In this document: positions 10,456-18,549 of the stretch, piece by piece | Position numbering within the stretch: the stretch's first letter is position 1 | Layout of the letters: the number at the start of each line of letters is the position of its first letter | Origin: a virus | Taxonomy: Duplodnaviria; Caudoviricetes | Reading direction: 5' to 3' (one strand) | Length of the DNA stretch: 64,000 bases | Virus record (IMG/VR): IMGVR_UViG_3300033076_001470 | Location: 4,933-68,932 of that record | The notes under the pieces: model-generated | What the model saw: only the letters and a program-made list of their open reading frames with translations | Databases searched by the model: none | Told to the model about the DNA's origin: nothing | Translations under genes and position numbers: made by a program

Positions 10456-10868
10456 ATCGTCGCGGGCACACCGCCCGGCCCCTCAAACTGTCCCCATCGC
10501 TCAAAAACGTCTGCGTCGGGCAATGGAGCAACAGGCGCATACTGCCGCCTAACCTCTTTGCGGTAAAATTCGCCGCGAATCATCGGCGCTTGCCTGTCAA
10601 TTCCAATCCACGACGTGTAAATCCAGTAGTCCTGATTACTGGAATTACTCAACCGCAAAACGCCATTTCTTAGCCTTGCACGCACTCCAAAAGCCACTCG
10701 CGCCAGTCGGTCTGACCGCCGCTCTTTTTCAAGCACTTCAGGAACAATCCAACCCGACGCAACTGCGTTTCTCCATTCCTTAGCGTTGACAGTCGTGCTT
10801 CCGCAAACTCCCCAAAAAACTTTGTACGGACGCCGACGAGTCCCGTGTTTCGTTCCAGGAAAAGCCAT
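10452..10868 (-). CDS. Hypothetical protein
   Basis: 138 aa; its stop overlaps the terS start. Confidence 0.55.
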   Translation of the reverse strand: MAFPGTKHGTRRRPYKVFWGVCGSTTVNAKEWRNAVASGWIVPEVLEKERRSDRLARVAFGVRARLRNGVLRLSNSSNQDYWIYTSWIGIDRQAPMIRGEFYRKEVRRQYAPVAPLPDADVFERWGQFEGPGGVPATM

Positions 10869-11021
10869 AAATCAAAATCGCCGCCACTAAACACACCTCT
10901 GCGAGGCAGGTTTAGTGACGGCGAGCAAAGCTCCAGCCAATTAAATTGAAATAGGATTTTGGCGAACTGGTAGGCGACCAAAGAATACAGAAAAAACACC
11001 CAAACTGCAATTTATTTTCGC

Positions 11022-11058
11022 CATACGTCTTGACGCTTTAAGCGTCAAGACGTATGTT
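11022..11058 (+). promoter_or_regulatory. Sigma70-type promoter embedded in a perfect 17-1-17 inverted repeat (operator)
   Basis: CATACGTCTTGACGCTT-t-AAGCGTCAAGACGTATG; TTGACG (11030-35), N17, TATGTT (11053-58). Confidence 0.7.
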
Positions 11059-11145
11059 CTCACCATCGCAAGCGCGAGAAAGCAAAAGGGAGTGCGGCAA
11101 ACACTCCCAGACCACAACCTTCAGAACTTTAGGAGATTGAAGATT

Positions 11146-11772
11146 ATGACCACCGCAACAAATAACACAGCCGCTAATCAAGTTTCAATCACAGCTTTTT
11201 TGAGCGAAGACGCCCCCGGCGACAATCAAACCAGCTTTCTCTGCACGCTGGACGAATCCGGCCAAATTCAAAAAGCCGAGCGCCACGCATACACAATCAC
11301 AACGCTCTATCACGGCTCGCACCGTGCAGGCGACGACGATACTTATCCTGATTTTGAATCAGCTTACGACGCTTTTGAAACTTACGTTTCTGAAGACGAA
11401 GACGCCGATGCCGACGACCTGCCGACGCCAGAAGACGCCCTCGCACTTATCGAAAAAGGCGAAGACGTAGAAGTGCGGTGCGGAACACAGCCAAGCGGGT
11501 TTGGAATATATTACTGCCTTACAAAAGCGACAACCGAGGAGCCGCTTGTTGACGCGCCGATCTACGAAGACGCAGACGGGCGCGAAATCTCCATCTGCCA
11601 CGAAGATGCAAGTAACATGTTCGTCGTTCAGGTTAAGAATTTGAACGGAACCTTCTCAGTGTGCTCTTTGGACGGCGAGACCTATTCCGCCGCTCGTAGC
11701 TGGCAAATCCTTGACCGAGTTCCTGAAGCTGTCCGAGAAGACGTGGAAGCCACTTGGGAGGTGAGCGCGTGA
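11146..11772 (+). CDS. Highly acidic hypothetical protein (candidate anti-defence/DNA mimic)
   Basis: AGGAG SD; 208 aa; hand count about 43 D/E versus about 11 K/R. Confidence 0.7.
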   Translation: MTTATNNTAANQVSITAFLSEDAPGDNQTSFLCTLDESGQIQKAERHAYTITTLYHGSHRAGDDDTYPDFESAYDAFETYVSEDEDADADDLPTPEDALALIEKGEDVEVRCGTQPSGFGIYYCLTKATTEEPLVDAPIYEDADGREISICHEDASNMFVVQVKNLNGTFSVCSLDGETYSAARSWQILDRVPEAVREDVEATWEVSA

Positions 11773-11960
11773 ACCACCGCCTTAAAACTGCAATCGCACG
11801 CCTCAAGCGCGAAATCGCCGCGCTTGAGGCACTGCCAGAGCCTCGCAAAAAAGACTACGCAAAAGAGCAGTATTACAAAAGAGCGATCACACTGCGGAAG
11901 CACGCAATCGCTTGGCGGCACACAAAAATCAAGGAATATGAAGAAAGATGCGATGACTAA
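11769..11960 (+). CDS. Small basic helical protein
   Basis: GTGA start/stop coupling and GGAGG SD; 63 aa. Confidence 0.6.
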   Translation: MNHRLKTAIARLKREIAALEALPEPRKKDYAKEQYYKRAITLRKHAIAWRHTKIKEYEERCDD

Positions 11961-12339
11961 TAAAACTTGCTCAAAATGCCTACAAGCAAAGCCGCTGTCA
12001 GAATTTAACCGGCACGCACGCGACGGATACTCGCAGCCGTGCAAGGAATGCAAGAAACAAAAACAAAAGACTCAAGCCGAAATAGACGCAATTAAAAATT
12101 GGAAGAAAACACCTCTAGGCAAGGAGTCCGCGCGGCGCTCAGCAAAAAAGCATTATTGGTCGCACCCTGAAAAACGCCGTGCTTATCACAAGGAATACTA
12201 TTCGCTTTACCGCGAAAAGTATTTGGATCGTTACACAAAATCGAACCGGAAACAGCAACACCTGCGAAGGCTAACCAAAGCTTTTGCAACTATCGCCCAG
12301 GAGGCAATCCTTGAACTTCAAAACAATCACCAATCTTGA
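11953..12339 (+). CDS. Zn-finger (CxxC..CxxC) basic protein resembling an HNH-endonuclease N-terminus, with no nuclease domain
   Basis: KTCSKCLQAKPLSEFN...YSQPCKECKK followed by a K/R/Y-rich helix. Confidence 0.65.
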   Translation: MTNKTCSKCLQAKPLSEFNRHARDGYSQPCKECKKQKQKTQAEIDAIKNWKKTPLGKESARRSAKKHYWSHPEKRRAYHKEYYSLYREKYLDRYTKSNRKQQHLRRLTKAFATIAQEAILELQNNHQS

Positions 12340-12808
12340 AATCGCCGAAGAAACCGACCGGATAACCGGCCAGATCGTTCAATACTTTAGTCTCCGCTCA
12401 CTGGAGCTTTTAGGAATCCAGTGCGAAGTGCCAGACGGGCAGGAGTGGATTCGGCTGAAGCTGGCCGAGCTATTCAACCACGTGACCGGCGTCGCGCCGA
12501 TCCACTACGCGCCAGACGTAGCACAGGCAATCTGCGAAGCCTTGTTCGTCTCGCCAGGCACAGCCGGAGGCGAATACAAAATTCCCAAAAAGTTCTGGGA
12601 CACGCTGACAGGGCGAGCTGTCTGGTTTGTACAACTGCAATCTTCGCCAGACGACACATTGGTTGAATCTGAAGACGCTTGTTTACTGCTCGGAGTCAGC
12701 CGAGAAACGCTCCGCCTTTGGCGCGAATCCGGCAAACTGGCTGCCGCCGACCAGGGAGGAGCGACAGGCGGTTTTCGATACTACTTGAAAGATTTGCGTA
12801 AGATATAA
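12311..12808 (+). CDS. HTH DNA-binding protein (C-terminal MerR/Xis-like HTH)
   Basis: AGGAGG 6 nt before TTG at 12311; SEDACLLLGVSRETLRLWRESGKL. Confidence 0.7.
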   Translation: MNFKTITNLEIAEETDRITGQIVQYFSLRSLELLGIQCEVPDGQEWIRLKLAELFNHVTGVAPIHYAPDVAQAICEALFVSPGTAGGEYKIPKKFWDTLTGRAVWFVQLQSSPDDTLVESEDACLLLGVSRETLRLWRESGKLAAADQGGATGGFRYYLKDLRKI

Positions 12809-12812
12809 AGCA

Positions 12813-12838
12813 AAAGAGCCGGAGTGATCCGGCTCTTT
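12813..12838. terminator. Bidirectional intrinsic terminator between convergent genes
   Basis: AAAGAGCCGGA-gtga-TCCGGCTCTTT. Confidence 0.75.
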
Positions 12839-12887
12839 CTTCTTGTTTTGGCGTTTAGTTTGCCTACCAATCCACCAAAACAAAATT

Positions 12888-13295
12888 TCAGCGAACGTGA
12901 GCAAGCGCCCATCGCACAACAGCGGCAATCCCTGTTAGCAAAGCCACTGTCACGCCAATAACCGGCGCATTTTTCCGTAACCAGCCCCAGAACGTACGAT
13001 CTGCAAGCTTGGTTAAATCCGCTGCAACGGTTTCAATTCGCGCCTCAACCGCAACGACCTTGCTTGTCACGTCGGTTAACTGCTTTTGCAGTTGAGTACG
13101 AAAATCGCTTGTGATTGTTGACTGATCGCGCCACAGCGACTCTAACCGGTTCAGCGTCTCAAGCATGTGACCGTGCTGAGTCGTCAACACGGCTACCTGG
13201 ATCGCTAAATCGTCCACTTTTCCGCTGGTCTCTTTCAGCGCCATCGCCGACACCTCAACGGTTGATACTGCGGTCATATTTGCCTCCGGGCACAC
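12888..13295 (-). CDS. Coiled-coil protein with C-terminal TM helix (lysis accessory)
   Basis: Heptad region followed by APVIGVTVALLTGIAAVVRW; last gene of the lysis block. Confidence 0.6.
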   Translation of the reverse strand: MCPEANMTAVSTVEVSAMALKETSGKVDDLAIQVAVLTTQHGHMLETLNRLESLWRDQSTITSDFRTQLQKQLTDVTSKVVAVEARIETVAADLTKLADRTFWGWLRKNAPVIGVTVALLTGIAAVVRWALAHVR

Positions 13296-13326
13296 AGAGG
13301 GAGAGTTTATTTACACAGGCAACCGT

Positions 13327-13572
13327 TTATTGCCCGCTCGTGGCTTGCAACGCCTTCCACGCTGCCGCAGCCTCGTCGTCATGCGCTTTCGCCAAATCCA
13401 GCAATTCCTGATCGTCCAAACCTGCGCGCGACTGAATATCGTTCACAACGACAACACCACGGCCCAGCAAAAACTGGGCAAACGCCAAGATTGCCAAGGC
13501 TCTTTCAGTACCTGTCAGCTTATCCAGTTCGTCAGCCTGCTGTTTAATAATTTCGTTCAGCTTAGTAGCCAT
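13327..13572 (-). CDS. Small hypothetical protein in lysis cassette
   Basis: 81 aa with AAGGAG SD, overlapping the upstream stop. Confidence 0.6.
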   Translation of the reverse strand: MATKLNEIIKQQADELDKLTGTERALAILAFAQFLLGRGVVVVNDIQSRAGLDDQELLDLAKAHDDEAAAAWKALQATSGQ

Positions 13573-14383
13573 AGCTTTCTCCTTTTGCGTTTTGAAGTGT
13601 TTGCCAATCGGCGGGTAAAATCAGGAAAGAAGTTTTTGCAGGAACAGCTTTCAGGCGATTCAAGAGAGAGGTCAGTCCCTTGGCCGTATCTCCGGCTGCG
13701 GCAAACAGCGCATTGAACGACGCTCGCGTTGAATCAGTCAAATTCGGAAACAGCGTCTTATCTGCTGTTATTGCCTGCGCCGCTGTAACCAGGCTTTTTA
13801 TCAAAGCTTCAGCTTTAATCTTGCCGTCCTCTGTCAAAGTAATTACGCGCTCGCCCTTTTCGTTTACCTTCTTGAATTCCGGCTGGTCAAGAAAATCAAT
13901 CACTTGCCGGTTAGTCGAACGAAAGACTTCAACCTTGGCACCAAAGCCGACCACCGCACCCGGAGCCGCCAATTTCAAATCCGCCAACTGCTTTAACGCA
14001 GTCTGCGCTTCTCGCGCCGTCAGCGAATTATTATCAAGTTGGGCAATCAGCTTTGACGTAGCCGTGCCGCTGCCACCAAACCAACAAGCCGAAGACAACA
14101 ACGACAGCGCGGCCACCAATAGCAACGGCAACACGCGCCCCACAACGCCAAGACCTGCCGACCCCGTGCCAGTAGAGCCGCCAGAACTATTGGAACCGCC
14201 GCCAGGCAGCGGGCTTTGCTTCAAATACATTGCGGCAGCAATAATTCCGCCAACCGCAGCAGCAGTTAGCGTCTTTTTCCACTCCGCGCCAAAATTGAAC
14301 GCAACCGGATCAACCACAATCACAGTAATAACGTTTGCCCCGCCTCCAATGAACGCGGCAGCAAGACCCTTTAACCAATTCAT
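13562..14383 (-). CDS. Holin-like 2-TM N-terminus fused to a lipoprotein (spanin candidate)
   Basis: Two hydrophobic segments (aa 1-55), a G/S linker, then RVLPLLLVAALSLLSSA-C lipobox and a helical domain; directly after the endolysin. Confidence 0.55.
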   Translation of the reverse strand: MNWLKGLAAAFIGGGANVITVIVVDPVAFNFGAEWKKTLTAAAVGGIIAAAMYLKQSPLPGGGSNSSGGSTGTGSAGLGVVGRVLPLLLVAALSLLSSACWFGGSGTATSKLIAQLDNNSLTAREAQTALKQLADLKLAAPGAVVGFGAKVEVFRSTNRQVIDFLDQPEFKKVNEKGERVITLTEDGKIKAEALIKSLVTAAQAITADKTLFPNLTDSTRASFNALFAAAGDTAKGLTSLLNRLKAVPAKTSFLILPADWQTLQNAKGESYGY

Positions 14384-14430
14384 AAGCCACTCCTTTTATA
14401 AAAAAAACGAATTGATAAATACCTAAAACA

Positions 14431-15033
14431 TCAAAAATCGCTCTTACTAAGAAAAACCTGCTTCGCCAGTTCCCACCGCTTCAGACGATCTGACAATCCG
14501 GTCAGCCCGCCGTTTATCCGGCGAGTCAGCTTTGCAAAAGCATCCATCCCGCCATCCAGTGTCGCGTCGGCTAGCTCGTTGCAATCGTTTTCCTGCCAGA
14601 ACAACCCGGCCACCAGAAAGCCCCAACGAGGCCTGGCAACAAGCCCTGGATCGTCTTCAAAATTCACGCCCAGCAATTCGCCGTACTTGCGGTAATTGGC
14701 GCGCCCGGTCAACTGTATAGGCCCGCGCCCCTTAAATCTTTTGCCGTCACCCGGCTCGGTATTGCCCAACCGCTCAGCCAAACCAGACGGCGGCTCATAT
14801 TTCTTTTGCTGCGAAGTTGGCCCCCAAATCTCTTCCCAGTATTTCAGGTCACCAGACTCGTGACCGATCTGCGCCAAAAAACAAGCCACACGCACAGGCG
14901 TATTGATTTCAAATTGTTCCAGGGCAAGATTTAGCGGGTCTACGTAACTCTCAGCTTCGTCGGGTTCGCGCTTCAGGCGAGGCAATGCGCGCTGCAAACG
15001 ATCAAGAGTCAAAATTGAAACTGCGACAGCCAT
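14431..15033 (-). CDS. Endolysin, glycoside hydrolase family 19
   Basis: ACFLAQIGHESG, GDGKRFKGRGPIQLTGRANY, TRRINGGLTGLSDR. Confidence 0.9.
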   Translation of the reverse strand: MAVAVSILTLDRLQRALPRLKREPDEAESYVDPLNLALEQFEINTPVRVACFLAQIGHESGDLKYWEEIWGPTSQQKKYEPPSGLAERLGNTEPGDGKRFKGRGPIQLTGRANYRKYGELLGVNFEDDPGLVARPRWGFLVAGLFWQENDCNELADATLDGGMDAFAKLTRRINGGLTGLSDRLKRWELAKQVFLSKSDF

Positions 15034-15041
15034 AAACAGAA

Positions 15042-15118
15042 AACGCCACGAGATTCAGAATTATCTGACGCTCGTGGCGTTCTCTATTTTCCTTTTCCGG
15101 CGGCGCTCGGTGGCGCTC
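15042..15118 (-). promoter_or_regulatory. Tandem GAGCGCC repeats and an 11-bp hairpin between com-like gene and endolysin start
   Basis: GAGCGCC-acc-GAGCGCC (15118-15102); stem AACGCCACGAG/CTCGTGGCGTT (15042-52/15071-81), ending 8 nt before the ATG. Confidence 0.5.
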
Positions 15119-15120
15119 GC

Positions 15121-15318
15121 TTAAGCCGGATCGGGCGCAGTATCGCACCCGCTCTGTACAATTTCAACCACAATTTTCGGCACAAACTCAACCCTTGCCC
15201 GACAATCTACTTTGCAGCGCCCACAACGAATAGTCACTTGGCCAGCTTTCAAATCGCCCAGCAAACGGTCGCACCGAGGACATCGAACTTGACCGCCCAA
15301 AAATTCACTTTCGCCCAT
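15121..15318 (-). CDS. Mu Com-like zinc-finger regulator
   Basis: VRCPRCDRLLG...VTIRCGRCK, 65 aa. Confidence 0.7.
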   Translation of the reverse strand: MGESEFLGGQVRCPRCDRLLGDLKAGQVTIRCGRCKVDCRARVEFVPKIVVEIVQSGCDTAPDPA

Positions 15319-15733
15319 TCCGTTGCTTCTCCTTCTTGATCGCCTCAACAATCTCCGCAATCGTCCCCGCCGACGTGCGACGGTCGCGCAGCAACGCAAT
15401 CACGTCGTCCACAGACCGCGCTACAACAACCAGCGCGCCGCGTTCGTGCAACCGGCTCAGCGTTTGCGCCTGAATCGCACTCAAAACGCCGCCAACGGCG
15501 CGCTTGCACTCAATAGCAATGAATTCTTGATCGCAGGCTGTAATGTCCGGCCAGCCCGGAGTCACACGGCAAATCCGCTGGTGCCGCCGATTAAACGCTT
15601 CCGTCGCGTCCGTCACTGCAAACGGGATTCGCTGAGTGGTCAGATACTCCACAATCGCTTGCTGCACCTGTTTCTCCGGCGCGGTCGCACTCAATATCTT
15701 CCGCCCTTCCGTGATCGAAATTCGCTCCGTCAC
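15305..15733 (-). CDS. VRR-NUC domain nuclease
   Basis: EKQVQQAIVEYL...GWPDI...IAIECKR...LSAIQ...GALVVVARSVDDV. Confidence 0.85.
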   Translation of the reverse strand: MTERISITEGRKILSATAPEKQVQQAIVEYLTTQRIPFAVTDATEAFNRRHQRICRVTPGWPDITACDQEFIAIECKRAVGGVLSAIQAQTLSRLHERGALVVVARSVDDVIALLRDRRTSAGTIAEIVEAIKKEKQRNGRK

Positions 15734-16704
15734 TTCTCACCTCTCCCCGTTTCAAGGTACGCGCGGATAAACTCTTCCGCGACCGGCGCAACAATTGCAT
15801 CGCCGTAACCGCGCAATCGTCCCACTCTTTCGGCAGCCCCATGAGCCAGCGGGAATGTTCCGGGTTCAACTGCCCGATATTTTCCGTCTCGGCAGTAAAG
15901 CCACTCGGCGCCTGACCAAAAACCATTTGTCGCACCTGGTTGGGCAACTGCTCGCCTTTCAGTCCCCCGCCCCTCTCCTTGTAGCTCTCCAGATTCGCGC
16001 ACCTGTAATCCCGTACCGCTGGCGTCGCCCAGGCCGCCAGACTCGCCTCGCCCAGCAAGGATAAAATCACCCCGCCACTCTTTTGATTGTGCCGATCCCG
16101 ACCGTGCGCGTCCTGAACTGTCGGCGTTTGCCAGATAGTTAAACTCGCCGCCCCCGGCAACCTGTCCACTCCCTGATTCGCTCCACCCTTTGGCCCGTCC
16201 TGCTGGCAAGGCGTCGCCCAGCCCGCTAACTGCGCCGTGTCTTCCAGCCGACAATTCGCGCCATCCATCGCCCTCTCTGGATTGCCGTATCCGCTGTTGG
16301 TTGTCACTCGCGGCGTCGGCCACGAAGAAAATTCTATGACGGATATGCGGCGCGCCGAAGCCCGCAGCACACAGACCGACCGACCCGACGGCATACGCAC
16401 TTGCTTCCAGGTCAGATTGAACAAGGTCGAGCCAATCACGTCCGTCCGCGCTTTCAACTTGTTCACCAAAAAACAACATCAGGTCTACACTGGCTGATGA
16501 GCCAGTGAAACGCTGGCCACAAGTGCCGCTCGTCAGCAAACCCTGCGCCTTTGCCTGCCGTGCTGAAAGGTTGGCACGGGCAGGAGCCAGTCCAAACAGG
16601 CCGTCCGTCAGGCCATCCGGCTTTTCTGAGCGCGTGCGACCAAACGCCGATTCCGGCAAAGAAGTGACATTGGGTATATCCAATAAGCTCTCTTGGTAAA
16701 ACAT
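15591..16704 (-). CDS. Nested +1-frame beta polypeptide of the methyltransferase (motif IX), broken by the same insertion
   Basis: MFYQESLLDIP...SVDLMLF continues into LVNKLKART...WPTP/WATP repeats...QLNPEHSRWLMGLPKEW once one T is removed. Confidence 0.65.
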
Positions 16705-16975
16705 CTTGAATATCTCTTTCGTCTACGTCGCCGGGCGCAATCAGCCCTGCTTGAATCAACTCTCGCAACCAAGCCGCCTTCTTTGGGTCGTGCTCGTTGT
16801 AATACGCCCGACCTGACGGCCATTTTGCGCGACGAAACCCGTCAAGCCACAACCTGCCCGCCGCGCTATTTTCACCAAAAGGGCAATCCGCTTCCGTTTC
16901 GCCCTTAGCAACGGCATCCCTGCCCCACTGCCGAATTTCTTCGTCCGAATTTTCGAACTTTATGATGCGGCTCAT
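15730..16975 (-). pseudogene. C5 cytosine DNA methyltransferase, alpha polypeptide, interrupted by a +1 frameshift in a T6 run
   Basis: FFAGIG and GSCPCQPFS in 16975-16463; GEQV, PHIRHRIFFVA and RLRGYGDAIV in the next frame. The junction GTT GTT TTT T GGT GAA has one T too many (A6 at 16468-16473). Confidence 0.75.
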
Positions 16976-17146
16976 CCAAACGTCCTTATCAACTGGAATT
17001 CCAGCGCGTTCGACTCTGCCCGCTGCTTATTTAGCTTTGGACTGATCGGAGAGTTCCAGGAACTCCCCGCCGCACCCTTCCCTTGCTTCCGCCCGCGCCC
17101 TTTACGCTCTGCCGTTTGCCGCCAGGGATTGCGCGCGCGCAACTCT

Positions 17147-18241
17147 TCAAATTTCGTCGCCTTTTTCCTCTTCTTTTTCATCAGTCGCAACCTCAAAAAC
17201 CAAAGACACTTCCCCAACTCCAGCGGCGCGAAGCGCCTCCAGGATCACGTCGGAGTAATTGTTTTCAATCCAATCCGCAAACACGCGGTCAGGGACGCGA
17301 ACTGTCGTCACTGTGCCGCCTTGCGAAACAAAACCCATCGGACGAAACCACGTCGCGTAAACTTCTGAACCGACTCGTTTCTCCACCTCGCCTTTGAATC
17401 GAGCAAAATACTCCGGCTCTTTAGGCAGCGGCGGCAAGCTGGTTTTAATTCGACTAACCGGCTTCGACGGAGCAGCCTGCACAGTAGAAGCTCCAACGTA
17501 AGCGTTACCAACGCGAATAACCGAACCGTTTGGCTTGGTCATATTCGTGCGATAGCTCTCAAGCATTCCGGCTAAATTTCGCGGCGAATACTGATTCAAC
17601 TTCCAATCCTTTAGCGTTTGCCGCCAAACAGAAATATCCGTGACAACGCCCAGTTGCTCTTGCTGGAATATCGAAAGTCTTCTGCCGGAAAGTTCGCTGC
17701 CAAAAAAATCTGCAAAAACACTTTCGGGCGTCGGTGTCACGTTTTCTTCCGTAGGAAGAAATGAAGTTGAAGATGAAGATGAAGAATAGAGCGTGACATT
17801 TGCGTGACCATTTTGTGACGCGGGCGTGCCATTACTGCTAACTGCCTGACTAGGCAAAACTTGCCCCTGCGTGACAGTGGCGCGACTTTTTCGCTTTTCC
17901 CTGCCTCGCTGGTTCTGTTTCCGTTCCCGCGCGCCTTCTCGTTCGTCGGCTTCCCGCTTCATCCTGCGATTTGTCAGCGTGTAAACCCCGTCCCCTTTGC
18001 GTACAAGTCCAGCGCCTGTGTTTTGAAGTTCGTCTGCGGCGGCGACGAATTCGGCGGCAGTGCAGCGACAGAGACGCGCGAATTGTTCGGGCGTAGCTGT
18101 GACTTGGCCACTGCGGCCAGACTCGTGGGCGCGACAGAGGAAATCAATCCAAATACCTCTCGTCGCTGGAGAGCACATTGAAAGTTCGGGGTCTTTTAAC
18201 CAATCACCAGGATAAAACTGGAAGGCGGGTAATTTTCCCAT
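17147..18241 (-). CDS. Replication initiator with C-terminal DnaA domain-I-like region
   Basis: MGKLPAFQFYPGDWL N-terminus, poly-Ser linker, C-terminal VGSEVYATWFRPM...VRVPDRVFADWIENNYSDVI. Confidence 0.8.
   Translation of the reverse strand: MGKLPAFQFYPGDWLKDPELSMCSPATRGIWIDFLCRAHESGRSGQVTATPEQFARLCRCTAAEFVAAADELQNTGAGLVRKGDGVYTLTNRRMKREADEREGARERKQNQRGREKRKSRATVTQGQVLPSQAVSSNGTPASQNGHANVTLYSSSSSSTSFLPTEENVTPTPESVFADFFGSELSGRRLSIFQQEQLGVVTDISVWRQTLKDWKLNQYSPRNLAGMLESYRTNMTKPNGSVIRVGNAYVGASTVQAAPSKPVSRIKTSLPPLPKEPEYFARFKGEVEKRVGSEVYATWFRPMGFVSQGGTVTTVRVPDRVFADWIENNYSDVILEALRAAGVGEVSLVFEVATDEKEEEKGDEI
17791..17875. repeat. Iteron-like GCGTGAC repeats inside the initiator gene (putative origin)
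   Basis: GCGTGAC at 17791, 17802 and 17869, with variants at 17815, 17824 and 17844; lambda-O-like placement. Confidence 0.45.
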
Positions 18242-18549
18242 CGCTTCCACCGCGCCTTGTTTGTTGGCGCATTTAGTCCGCGTAGCGATTAAGACGGCGC
18301 GCGCTGAATTTCGGGCGCGCGCCGTTGCCTGCGGACGCAATTGCTGTCGCTTGGCAGTTAAACTACTTCGCGTGGTGTCCCAGCACGCCGCGCGCCTCGC
18401 GGTCGTCAGCGCGACGCGCTTGCCAGTACGGAATTCGAACTTCCGTTAGTGGTAGCGACTCCTGTGTTGTTGGAATTTCTGCGTCCATGTTGTGTCCTCC
18501 TTTGGGTTAATAGACTGGCAGTGCATACGCGCCGCCAGTCTGTGGGTTG

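Noticed and set aside
11022-11056. Palindrome as a protelomerase (hairpin telomere) target
   Set aside because: It has an odd, 1-nt centre and there is no protelomerase gene in the window. Promoter/operator explains it better.
17759-17786. ATGAAG repeats
   Set aside because: They encode the poly-Ser linker typical of phage initiators.
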